Assembly: GCF_964355755.1 (NCBI RefSeq)
Contig: NC_092672.1
Location: 5,208,001-5,272,000, forward strand
DNA: 64,000 bases
DNA from: Antedon mediterranea
Lineage: Eukaryota > Animalia > Echinodermata
Direction of reading: 5' to 3'
Shown: positions 12,691 through 25,300 of the stretch, piece by piece
Numbering within the stretch: the stretch's first letter is position 1
Layout: each line of letters opens with the position of its first letter
The notes under the pieces: model-generated
The model's input: only the letters and a program-made list of their open reading frames with translations
Databases searched by the model: none
What the model was told of the DNA's origin: nothing
Translations under genes and position numbers: made by a program

Positions 12691-14626
12691 TCCACGATTT
12701 TTTTGCGTGTACTGCAGGCTATTTTTCATTGCATCATTCATTACATTGTACGATTCTTTTCAGTTTCGCTTAAAAGATAGCATTATAGGCCTATAGTAGA
12801 TAACGTTGTAAAGTAATGTTGTTGGCTATCACGTATGGTTTTATATTATACTTATATTGTAAACATCTCACTTGAGTTCCGGCTTTGACAAAAATCGAAT
12901 AGTAGAACCGCCTTATTAAGGAGAAACCTTTGGGAACTGTCCTCTTGCCAAGTCATTCTCTTTCGTTTCACTGGAATCCATTCACATCCAAAAAAACAAA
13001 TTTACATTTATTTCCTTCATAAACAATCACAAATCCAATTCCAATAGTAAAATAATTATTATTTATACAATTTCACTCTTTCTTGGATAACTAATGAAGG
13101 AGGCACAGTTTGGGTTGAAACATGCCTTTTAAAAACATGTAATAATAACATGTAGGCCTATGCCGTGTCCCCTAAATGTAAAGGTGTTAATCATGAAAGG
13201 TGTTATTCATAGCTATTTTAATAGGCATATTTAACCTGAACTTAGCTATAAATAACGATCAAATTTACATACATCACATTATACCAATGCTATTATACAT
13301 ATCCGTTTACGTATGCGTTTTACAATTTGTTAACAATTGAAAATCAGTTCATGTTCTACACAATCGACTTTGTATATTAACCAATATATTGTATATTGGC
13401 CTGATCTAAAAATAACATTTCAACTATTGAATTTCATTACCGATATCTATTTTGTTTTTTTATGAGTCTAGAATTCAGAAAGCTAAACCATGATTAAAAT
13501 TGATTATGTACTTTCATACCTATTCGAGGTTTATGATTTAATCAAACGACCTTGTGTGTTTGTAATGGAAGAAAGAAAAATAATTAGGCCTACAGGAAAA
13601 TATAATAAATGGAAAAAATAAAGATTAAATTAGACAATTTATCATTACAGTTTTGTCAACCCAATGTAGCCTATCCGTTACGCGTTTTGCCAAAAAAAAA
13701 AAACAATGATGAAAATTAATGACACGCGAAAAAAAACTTTATTAATCCATTTATTATATCGCGAAAGTTAACGGCCGCAAAAAAAATACAACAGCATAAT
13801 TAATAGTTTTGATTGTTATATAAAGATAGAACAACCGCGAATTAAAAAGTTTTTTTTTAGGGATCAGCATTACCGCAGAATTAAAGTGCTTTTTTTCTCT
13901 AAAGCTATTCTGAAAGCAGGGTTTTATTGTAATAATATTTATCAATGTTATCACGAAAATCAATTAAGCGCTGTAAACTACGGTACTTCATTTAAAAAAG
14001 TCACTTTTAATAAAATCAATCTTCTTTTGGTGGAAATTAGACCTAGGTCTATTTGTAACTTATTTTATGACTTCTGTTGAACACAAGGCCATTCTTCCCT
14101 TTCAAATTAAAAAAAAATGAGACGTCTATTATCGTATTAGAAAACTAGAGATTATACAGATATATTCCCCAAATTAATGAGCAGCACTATTGATTTTTTA
14201 AGCACAAAACCACTGATTTGTGTCGTCATAGTGACGTGATACAGCAGGACTCCTCTAGTAGGATAAGACTGGCGCACGTATCAAAATATACACTCGCTGT
14301 TGAATCGCTTCATGGATTTAACACACTGTTGCAGGTAATTATAATAATAAGCTGATTATGATCATATTTGTGGTTATTTGTGCAGTGGCTATTATTAAGA
14401 CAAAAATTAGATGATCCAATTTCCAGCATGGTTGAATATTTTTCTTTCTTCTCATTCTTACGATTGGAATGTGTTTTGCGATCGAAAACACATGTAGAAA
14501 TAACTACGCATATAATACATTTTATTTATACTTTTTTTAAAACATTCCATTTATTAGTATGAAAAAAAATACATCAGATTTTTTTATTCGAATAATTTAT
14601 TTACATCATTTAAGCTCAACTGATAA

Positions 14627-14942
14627 TATTTATTATAGTATGACTTTATCCCATGATTACGGGTATAGGTCAAATATAGGTTAAATATAATTACGTATTT
14701 ATAAAACTTATGCAAATCAGATGCAAATTTGGACTCAGCGGAAACATTGAATTGCGCATAATAACACGTGCTTTATATTCTTTTATTATTAATTTATTCA
14801 CAACATTTAAGCTCCTTAACCGATTTATTATAGTATGACTTTATCCCATGATTACGGTTATAGGTCAACGAAAATATTACGTATTCATAAAACTTATGCA
14901 AATCAGATGCAAATTTAGAATGCAGCGGAAACATTAAATTGA
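14627..14942. repeat. ~195-bp tandem duplication carrying paired octamer motifs; third diverged copy at ~15815-15945
   Basis: TTATTATAGTATGACTTTATCCCATGATTACGG...TTATGCAAATCAGATGCAAATT...GCGGAAACATT occurs twice in tandem. Confidence 0.75.
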
Positions 14943-15029
14943 TGAATATTAATCATAATTAGGCTGCATCTCAATCCGGATATATCTTTCAAATTATTTT
15001 ATCGATATATTCAGCAGGAATTTATTTTA

Positions 15030-15188
15030 AGCGTGGTTCCCATTAGAGACACAACGCAATGACGTACGCGCAACGCAAGTGAATTGACTAATTACAACTC
15101 ACTGTTTGAATAATCACTCGCTTGTGATTGGTCAAATTACTTGCGTTGCGGTTACGTCCTTGCGTTACGTCCTAGTGGAAACCAAGCT
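15030..15188. mobile_element. Harbinger/Tourist-like MITE (AGCGTGGTTCCCA TIR family), copy 1
   Basis: AGCGTGGTTCCCATTAG...CTAGTGGAAACCAAGCT termini in a TTA context; internal CGCAACGCAAG inverted repeats. Confidence 0.65.
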
Positions 15189-15335
15189 TTACGTGTACAT
15201 GCGTTGCGTCCATGGGAACCAAACTTTAGGCCTATAACAGATTATCATAGTTGCAACATAGGCAAATTATGTAATAGAGTGTTACATGTATCACATGTGA
15301 CATCTGTACTCATTATTATGTTATGTTAAGGTTAA

Positions 15336-15516
15336 AGCGTGGTTCCCACTAGAACGTAAGGCAAGGACGTAAACGCAACGCAAGCGTTTTAACCAATGAC
15401 AAGCGAAGTGATAGACAGTTAGCAATCACAAGCGAATAAGCCATCGCTCTTGTGATTGGTCAATTCACTTGCGTTGCGTTACGTCCTTGTGTTGCGTCGC
15501 TAGTGAGAACCACGCT
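15336..15516. mobile_element. Harbinger/Tourist-like MITE (AGCGTGGTTCCCA TIR family), copy 2
   Basis: AGCGTGGTTCCCACTAG...CTAGTGAGAACCACGCT terminal inverted repeats. Confidence 0.7.
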
Positions 15517-16495
15517 TTCATATGATACAGGCGTTACATGTGATACTGCAGGCTGATATATACACATAATTTGCCTATGAACAGGATAATGATAGATACG
15601 GCACCGAGAATAGCCTATACGTTTAACTAAGGGGTTGAAGACGGTTCAAATGAAACTGTAAAGACTTTTCGAAATCAATATGTTTTTAAATAGCTATAAT
15701 AAAATATACCAAGATCTATGTGCCAATTACTTGTTCGTTCCAACAAATGAACGGCTAGAAATTCTATTATTAATAATTCATATATTTTTGTTTAATCTCT
15801 TGAAAAATCATTATATAAGTATGAATTTAGCCCCACGATTACGGCCAGTCTTTATATAAGTCAACGCAAATACATAATTACGTATTCATGATTTATGCAA
15901 AGCAGATGCAAATTAGAATGCACGCGGAAACATTGAATTGATAAATTAATATAATTGAATTTCTGAATATTTTATCAAGAATCTCAGGAAGGGTGTGGAA
16001 TGCAGACAACAGCAATAGTATAATAAGTACTCTAGGCGTTGTTTTCTGTTCTGATGATGAGAATAGTTTCTCGAAACATTTTAAGGCAGTTCGCCTGTTT
16101 ATCAAATGCCTCACACTAGTTATTTTAATAATAAATATCCGAATACATTTTATACCACTTTCTCATTCAATACCAGAATGGCAAAATGGACAGATAGACA
16201 CTCGATAGTACCTTTATTTTTTACGTTGATTAAATTAAATTCTTTAACCGTCGCGTTCCGACCAAAATACGAGCCAATTCTACAGGTTTATTGTTGTCCT
16301 AGAATATCTGGTTTCAAATCATATTACGAACATCTTAATCTAATTACTTAAAAAATAACTGAAGCTGTAAAGGTAGAATTATCTCGGGAATGTAATTCGG
16401 TATATGTATATTCGCGAGTGGACAATTAGCGTTATTTCTAAGAATTTCATCCTAATCTGGAATTAAAGTAAGTTGTACACTGATTCCATCAAGAC

Positions 16496-17355
16496 AATAG
16501 AGAGAAATGGCGAACCGGCGTCTAAAATCCGAGTGGGTATAAAATCATAACAAACCGTTGAGGGCGGCACATTTCCTATGTTTATACACGTGAATATGGC
16601 GTCGTCTAACCAATGTTGTTGCTGTAACGCTCATAATTCTTGTTATGTATAAAAGTCATCCATCATTCACAATCATATTCCTAAAAATATCTCATATCTG
16701 TAGGTCTACATTAGACTAGGCCTATAATATTATAGTAGAATGGTGTTATCAAGTATTCATTACTGGCGATAGCCCCCTGCAGGAAGGAAGCATCACTAGC
16801 CACATAACAAAATGGCAGTTGTCAAGCTGAAACTAATGCTAGGCCTACATCTACTAGAGATGCTCTATTTAGTCTTACTACCTAGCTAGGAGAGGCTTAG
16901 CAGCACCCTAGCTAAAGTAGTAGTAGTAGTAGTACAGTATGCAATAACGAATTTCCAATATTATTATTATTATGATTATTATTATTATTATAATAACCGA
17001 TAATCCGTGCTAGGCTCGAGTACTCGAGGTACTACAGCATATACAGGCCAACGAGGCCAACTATCTAGGGCCTAGAGCTGGGTACAGTATATGACAAAAA
17101 CGCGTCTTAATTCAATCCAAATTAAAATAAAATATGTTAAGATTTGCCCATATAACATTAAAATTGTTAAGGGGTTGCAAAAAAAAAAAGATACTGCTAT
17201 TATGTGTGTTTTAAACGTTCTTTTCTACCTACTTTTTTAACTCAACCCATCGGAATTTCCCATACAAAAACATGTGGCGAAATGGTTTGTTTACAATCTA
17301 TACCCACTCGGTGAAATTTGAGTGACGTCATCGCGGTTCGCCATTTCTCTCTATT
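16496..17355. mobile_element. ~860-bp non-autonomous TIR element
   Basis: Perfect terminal inverted repeat AATAGAGAGAAATGGCGAACCG / CGGTTCGCCATTTCTCTCTATT plus subterminal CCGAGTGGGTATA / TATACCCACTCGG; TSD not resolved. Confidence 0.75.
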
Positions 17356-18572
17356 ACAAACACCTGCGAGAGTAGCAATCCACTGTCATCATTACGTCAT
17401 CAGTACTTATAGATGACGATTATTTAATTCAATAATGATGTGTGATCAATAACAATTATCATCGACAATAGTTGGGTTGTACTATTAAATTTTAAAAAAT
17501 GAACAAAAAAAATCTTTGCGTCACACATTTATTCTGCGTTACTGTACGCTTACGTCCATGCATTGCGTGGTGGAAAAATCATTACATAGAAAATAAAACC
17601 ATATTTCAACAAATGTAACTAACCTGTCTAACACCCAAAAAAAATGTTTCTCTAATTGTATATATTATTTTTGGGAATTTATATTGTACGAGTTTATTCG
17701 TAATATTTGATGAGTTTTGAGCAACTGCTCCGGTCTCTCTTTTGAAAAATATAGTTTGATCCTAAAATTTTGTTTATCAATAAGATATCTGTGAAATCAC
17801 GGAGAATTATTTTTCCATGGTAAAATGAATAAATGATAAAATCCATCTTTAACACATTTTGCCATTAGTATTAACTATTGTTTTCAATTTTGTAACTCAT
17901 TGAATGTGGTTACTGTTTATAATAGTATGGCCGTATAGGACAATAGGAGAAATGAAAGATAGATAATGATAGATGTCACACGTTTTAAAGACTTCGAGTA
18001 GGCTAATAGTATAGCATGGCCTGGCATAAAAGGAAATAATATTACAGCTACGGAAGGGGTAGGTAGATTGCGGCGAGTGGTTATACATATCCTTTGAACA
18101 CACAAGTTAGCATTGCGGTCAAGATCCACAATGGCCTAGCTATTAAGCAGTGATGAATGCATTGAGAGCACATAAAGCTCTGTCCACACAAGGTATTCCT
18201 CCATTGTCTACGCAAATTATGTGACAACAAATTAAAGTTTCCTAATTTGGTAGTGATATGACGTCACGGCGTATCCATATATGGAAATCACATTTTTTGT
18301 CACATAAAGTTCGATATTGTAGACAGAGCTTTCAGTATCTTTATACCAAAGAAGAGAAATAGGGGATATGTAAATGTCACAATCAGTTACCAAATGGAAA
18401 ATAAATGTTTTACTTATTATTACGTAACATCCAATACTTATTTGTGACTCTTAATTACTAATAACTCTTTATTCAATAATTGGTTATCTCCAATTCTTTG
18501 ATGGAACGAAGTATATTTGAGTATTCAATGCATATATGGACCAACTCAAAACAATTTCGCTCTTAGTACGAC

Positions 18573-20620
18573 GGGCGGCGATAATCACCATATTCAATAT
18601 GCATTGAAAACCCTTGGGCGGCGATATTCACCATATTCAATATGTATTGAAAACCCTTGGGCGGCGATAATCACCATATTCAATATGCATTGAAAACCCT
18701 TGGGCGGCGATAATCACCATATTCAATATGCATTGAAAACCCTTGGGCGGCGATAATCACCATATTCAATATGCATTGAAAACCCTTGGGCGGCGATAAT
18801 CACCATATTCAACATGCATTGAAAACCCTTGGGCGGCGATAATCACCATATTCAATATGCATTGAAAACCCATGAGCGGCGATAATCACCATATTCAATA
18901 TGCATTGAAAACCCTTGGGCGGCGATAATCACCATATTCAATATGTATTGAAAACCCTTGGGCGGCGATAATTTCACCATATTCAATATGCATTGAAAAC
19001 CCTTGGGCGGCGATAATCACCAGATTCAATATGCATTGAAAACCCTTGGGCGGCGATAATCACCATATTCAATATGCATTGAAAACCCTTGGGCGGCGAT
19101 AATCACCATATTCAATATGCATTGAAAACCCTTGGGCGACGATAATCACCATATTCAATATGCATTGAAAACCCTTGGGCGGCGATAATCACCAGGCCAT
19201 ATTCAATATGCATTGAAAACCCTTGGGCGGCGATAGGCTAATTTCACCATATTCAATATGCATTGAAAACCGTTGGGCGGCGATAATCACCATATTCAAT
19301 ATGCATTGAAAACCCTTGGGCGGCGATAATCACCATATTCAATATGCATTGAAAACCCATGGGCGGCGATAATCACCATATTCAATATGCATTGAAAACC
19401 CTTGGGCGGCGATAATCACCATATTCAATATGCATTGAAAACCCTTGGGCGGCGATAATTTCACCATATTCAATATGCATTGAAAACCCTTGGGCGGCGA
19501 TAATTTCACCATATTCAATATGCATTGAAAACCCTTGGGCGGCGATAATCACCATATTCAATATGCATTGAAAACCCTTGGGCGGCGATAATTTCACCAT
19601 ATTCAATATGCATTGAAAACCCTTGGGCGGCGATAATCACCATATTCAATATGCATTGAAAACCCTTGGGCGGCGATAATCACCATATTCAATATGCATT
19701 GAAAACCCATGGGCGGCGATAATCACCATATTCAATATGCATTGAAAACCCTTGGGCGGCGATAATCACCATATTCAATATGCATTGAAAACCCTTGGGC
19801 GGCGATAATCACCATATTCAATATGCATTGAAAACCCTTGGGCGGCGATAATCACCATATTCAATATGCATTGAAAACCCTTGGGCGGCGATAATAACCA
19901 TATTCAATATGCATTGAAAACCCTTGGGCGGCGATAATCACCATATTCAATATGTATTGAAAACCCTTGGGCGGCGATAATCACCATATTCAATATGCAT
20001 TTAAAACCCATGGGCGGCGATAATCACCATATTCAATATGCATTGAAAACCCTTGGGCGGCGATAATCACCATATTCAATATGCATTGAAAACCCTTGGG
20101 CGGCGATAATTTCACCATATTCAATATGCATTGAAAACCGTTGGGCGGCGATAATCACCATATTCAATATGCATTGAAAACCCTTGGGCGGCGATAATCA
20201 CCATATTCAATATGCATTGAAAACCCTTGGGCGACGATAATCACCATATTCAATATGCATTGAAAACCCTTGGGCGGTGATAATCACCATATTCAATATG
20301 CATTGAAAACCCTTGGGCGGTGATAATCACCATATTCAATATGCATTGAAAACCCTTGGGCGGCGATAATCACCATATTCAATATGCATTGAAAACCCTT
20401 GGGCGGCGATAATTTCACCATATTCAATATGCATTGAAAACCCTTGGGCGGCGATAATCACCATATTCAATAATATGCATTGAAAACCCTTGGGCGGCGA
20501 TAATCACCATATTCAATATGCATTGAAAACCCTTGGGCGGCGATAATCACCATATTCAATATGCATTGAAAACCCATGGGCGGCGATAATCACCATATTC
20601 AATATGCATTGAAAACCCTT
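18573..20620. repeat. 43-bp minisatellite, ~47-48 near-identical copies
   Basis: Unit CCTTGGGCGGCGATAATCACCATATTCAATATGCATTGAAAAC repeated head-to-tail with no spacers; internal palindrome TTCAAT-ATGC-ATTGAA. Confidence 0.97.
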
Positions 20621-22096
20621 TCGTTTTAGTATTGAAAAATGGTACCTCCTGGTAGAAAAATTCCCTCTTTTCACGTACACTAATACGGAGAAAGAGTTAT
20701 ATTTTGCAACAAAGTATCAATTAATTCTCCATATTGGTCTATCATGATTATGAAAGCAAAACTCGTACTGCAGCATGTTGCATACAGTAAGTTCACAGTC
20801 AGACGACACAGTTGGATCACAATGTGTGACATTTCACTACTAAGGTTTCATATCCATTACTTATAATTCAAAAAACCATAAATTATGCTACCTTTGGTAT
20901 CAAATTTAGGCTCAAAACAACAAAAATAAAATTTACGAATTTAGATTTCAAGCGCACGACATGACACGGTGACCCTACAAGTTGAACTCATGAAGGCGTA
21001 AGCATAGGCATACTAGAATATTCCGTCCAATTTTTTTCTGTGATGAGCGTACTAAATAATTAAACGTAATGACACTGTCATGCATAAATTAATATTATAG
21101 AAAATTAGCCTAATAGATTAGGTAGATATACTCAATAACAAAACAGATTTTCAATGAATTAAGGAATTTCATGAGGCGGGTTCCCATAGTGATCGTAAAG
21201 TTGCAACGGGGTTTAAAACAATACAGTAACATACTGTTTAAAAAGATTTGATACATAACTATGATTTCATTTCACATCCTTCAAATCTCTACTATTAAAT
21301 ACAACAAATATTTATTGCTGAATACGCCCTAGGCGTAGTCCCACTAGGCATACCTCCATGGTTAAATTACTGTGCAAAAAAAAAAAAAAAAAATTAAAAT
21401 CAAATAAATTAGTCTAAATGTTCAACAATTTGCGTATGATTATTGGGTTTTAGTTCAAAAATTTGTATTTAACAAAAAATGTAACTTTTTAAATAGGCCT
21501 ACTTAAATAAAAATTCATCCTCATTCATGTCTTTGTTTTTAATCAATAACAGAGCCATATATTTAATTATAATATTATGGCGGGCTCTGATCAATAATTC
21601 CGTATAGCGCCCTCTCTCATTGATCGTGAACATTACGATTTTTGCGAGCTGCTGTGTGTTTACGTCGTATTTTTGTTTTGGGAAGTTCTTGAGTTGTTTT
21701 ATCTGTTGGTTTTGTTTTTTTAATTGTAATTTTAAAAGCAGGGCAAGGTTAGTGAATATACTTGACACTGACTGCTTAAATTTGAAGGAAGAACACATTT
21801 TAGTCCTTTGAAAAAGTCTTGAATCGCCCAGCAAGGCTAGCTAGGCCTGACAAGTAATCCTGCTCAGCTCTGGCACTGCAGGAGGAACCTATCTATAGCT
21901 GCTCCGATCCTCCGGTCAGAGTCGAACCTCCTACTAGGTAGGGCCTAGGATTGCGAAACTGGAATAGTGCCTCCTAGTAGTAACGCCTGACCAAACATAC
22001 ACTAGGCCTAGTCCTGTAATGTGAATCATGGATCGATCCGTGAATCAGTTGTTTTTTCATGATAGACAATTTGAATTAATTTCCAAATAAATAATT

Positions 22097-22333
22097 GCCG
22101 TGGCTAAAGATACAGTACCGTATCCTAACTTCCGTTTGCTAAAGGTACGGTAAAATTGCATTACGTCATAGTCAGCCAATGGGGTGCTGGTACGTGTGTG
22201 ACGTCATCGTATAAGGACTTGGGATTTTTTTACATATCGCGAAAACAGTGATCAACCGGCGGCTTAACATTTTCTTTATTATGCTTCATTTATCGCTATT
22301 ATCCCCGTCGTGTGACAAACTAAATGTGGCCTA
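22097..22333 (+). mobile_element. Left-arm fragment of the Mutator-like element at 49213
   Basis: Close match to 49214-49440 (GCCGTGGCTAAAGATAC...CTAAATGTRGCCTA); ends ~60 bp before the ESS2 start codon. Confidence 0.85.
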
Positions 22334-22395
22334 GTCCTAGTGATACTAAATAATAGTGTACTAATATCCTACTTTTGTTTACTCTTTAGAAGAAG

Positions 22396-25300
22396 ATGGC
22401 ATTGGTGAAAGTTGGAGAAAAGGCACTGGAGGCCGTCAAGACTAGTGAATTGCATTTAGCAAAGCGAAAGCCTTTCAAAAGGAAAGTACTAGATGAAGAG
22501 GCGTACATAGCAGTAAGTCCTATGAGGTTGTAACGTCATATCACTACCATATTTGGGCATATCATTACTAAATTTTGGTACATCACATTTTTTTTTGGCA
22601 AATTAGTTTGTCACCTACAGTACTACTACCTACTCTTGTGCAGATTATCTTCTATACCTTTATTGGTTAAGAGGACATTCTAATGCTTTAATTCTTTATA
22701 TCAAGTCATGTTATTAATATCAAATTTCTCATTTATTTTAGGATCTTGAGAAAATCATCCAGCGAGATTTTTTCCCGGATCTTGCGAAGTTACACTCCCA
22801 AGTTGAGTACATGGAAGCAAGAGATAACAATGATGTAGCGAAAATGAGAGAAATTGCGATCAAGCTACAAGCATCAACTGTACATAGACAACAAACAAAC
22901 ACACCTGCACAATGTGAGTGAATGATTTTTTGTTTTGTTTTTTTGTTTTAACCATATTTTAATGAGGGTGATCCATCCAGCTATTACTGATCATTAGGGA
23001 CCCTCAGAGGTTCACAAGACAAACATATACAAGATGCTTTACATAAACAAAGTCTTATTACAAGTCTTTGAGAGTGGAGTTGTAATTTGGTCCTTTGAAA
23101 AAATCCTGACATGTGACGGGACTTGAACCCAGGACCCTTGGAGTGGTAGCCAAGCATCATAACCACCAAGCCACAACTTAACTCAACACGTTGCACTGCC
23201 CGGGAAACGAACCCGGGTCGCAAGAATGGGAATCTTGCATGATACCATTATACCGGCAGCGCAAAAATAAAGATAATGCAGATAATATAATTCCTTCAGG
23301 ACACTTTTATTAAAGGGGACACTTTCCTATAAATAAACAATGTAAAATATATTTTTAACGCTAAGGTCAATCCCTATTAAGGGGATACTTTGTTAGGTCC
23401 ACAAGGGGTTTCCATTAAAGATATATTGTCCCCCAAAAACATTAAAATGAAGATTAAGACTTTAAATAGGCTATTTTGCAGTTTTAATAAAGTTATTTAC
23501 TTCTGTTAAAAAAAACGAAAACTAAATGGTCATTTTCAACCAAAACCCATTAACTGGCAGCCAATTTGACTATTCTGTGCTTTAAATTACAGTTTTTAGG
23601 TAAATAAACAATTCTTTAAATCATTTTTTTGTTCAAAGTAGACAACTATTATGTGACATTAAAACCAAAAAAATGTTTGAAATTATTTTTTCAGGGGACA
23701 ATACATCTTTTACTATAATAAAATATATATATTATTCAAACCATCCTAATAATAATCATTTTGTTTGTAACTAGGTGTACATATTATTAGCTAGTGACAT
23801 TGGACACCAGTATCATCAAAGTACAGTATTGTTTTTGTGTAGAAAAATATGGCACAATATGATTTTGTTTTTATTTTACACACAGTTGAGCAAGCAATCA
23901 CCCCAGCAACCTTTGAGACACCTGACATCATGTGTAAATCAGCCCAAACACCTGCAACAGAGAGATCAAAAGAAGACGAATTATCATCATCAAATCCAGA
24001 GCCAAATACAAATGACAACAATCAAGAAAAAAATAAGGAAAAAGGTACTGTGTCAACATTGGTAATTTTAAGAGTATACAAGTTATATCAGTGTTATTTA
24101 TTCTAAAAATAAAAGATAACCCGTATTCATTTCTGAACGTAGGGGAATGAGCTTTTAGGAGCTCATTTTACTAAGCCTCTGCATTATGTGGTAGGGTACT
24201 GGCCAGGTCCTTTCCACGCTGCCTCATTCTCACTAGTTTTTTTCAACCAGGTACTGGTTGAGTAGACTAAAAATTGTTGGGAATTGAACACGGGTATCTC
24301 TGTATGACAGTCAAGTGTCCTAACCACTTGGCTACCCAACTCTTAATGGGGATAAAAGCCTTGAAAGCACTACATTCTAGCCAACCATTAACTCTCTCCA
24401 GTGGCAGATCCCCAGGTCCTAAAATTAGTAAACTAAGTGCTGAACTTGTATTCTACAGTTAAGTACAATTGCAACTACTACTGAGCTTAAACTATTATTC
24501 ATTTATAAATTCATCGTTTGTTATTTTTACTAGATTATGGGAGCAACTTCCCAATGAAATTAAACAATGTGCTACAATTTCATTTGATTTGATCTCAAAA
24601 TATTAAGTTGTAATTGTTTATATTGTTTATTCAATGCAGCTTATTTTTAATTGGTGTATCTCATTATAACATTGTTTTGTTTTATTTTGACTTAATTTGT
24701 GCTACTTAGTTTTGTTATTTTTGTATTTCATAAGTAATGATGGAGTAAGAGCAGTTTTCTGTTTGGGCTCATGCCTATTACTTGCTCCTGGCAAGATGAA
24801 TTGTAAAATGTACTTTATGAACTTTTGCCGAATAAATATTATTATTATTATTATATGAATACATTACATGAAGGCAACCTTGTGGGAGTCCATGCGCAAC
24901 CATACTCAAAATGAGGTTCTGCACAGTGGAGGAAGATGACACTTGCAACAATTATAACTGTTCTTTTTTTTGTTTTACATTTTCTATTAGATAAGTCCAA
25001 TACAGACCTATCGTTAGACAGGTACCTAAGCAACTATACAAGTGAGGACAATGCTTCTTTTGATACACTGATGGACAAGGCAAATGAAAAGCTTCGCGTA
25101 AAAAATGCGTGGTTATACGATGAGGAAAAACGTCTCAGACAAGAAGGTGAACATTTAATGATTTTAGATGGGTCATCAGAAAAACTTGCAATAGAGGGTG
25201 CTCCAGCAATTGGTCTCAACTCGTGGACTTATAAAGCTAAAAATTCATTAATGTATGTGCCAGATGGCGTTGAGGACACTGCAGAAGAAAAAATCAACAA

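Noticed and set aside
17897-18129. Short hydrophobic ORFs
   Set aside because: No splice support, no ATG context and no domain signature.
19382-19606. 74-aa repetitive ORF
   Set aside because: Chance open frame within the 43-bp array.
18573-20620. CRISPR-like array of palindromic repeats
   Set aside because: Units are contiguous with no unique spacers, there are no cas genes, and the context is eukaryotic.
21499-21834. 111-aa ORF divergent from ESS2
   Set aside because: Non-ATG start in the ORF track, low-complexity K/Q content and no recognisable motif.
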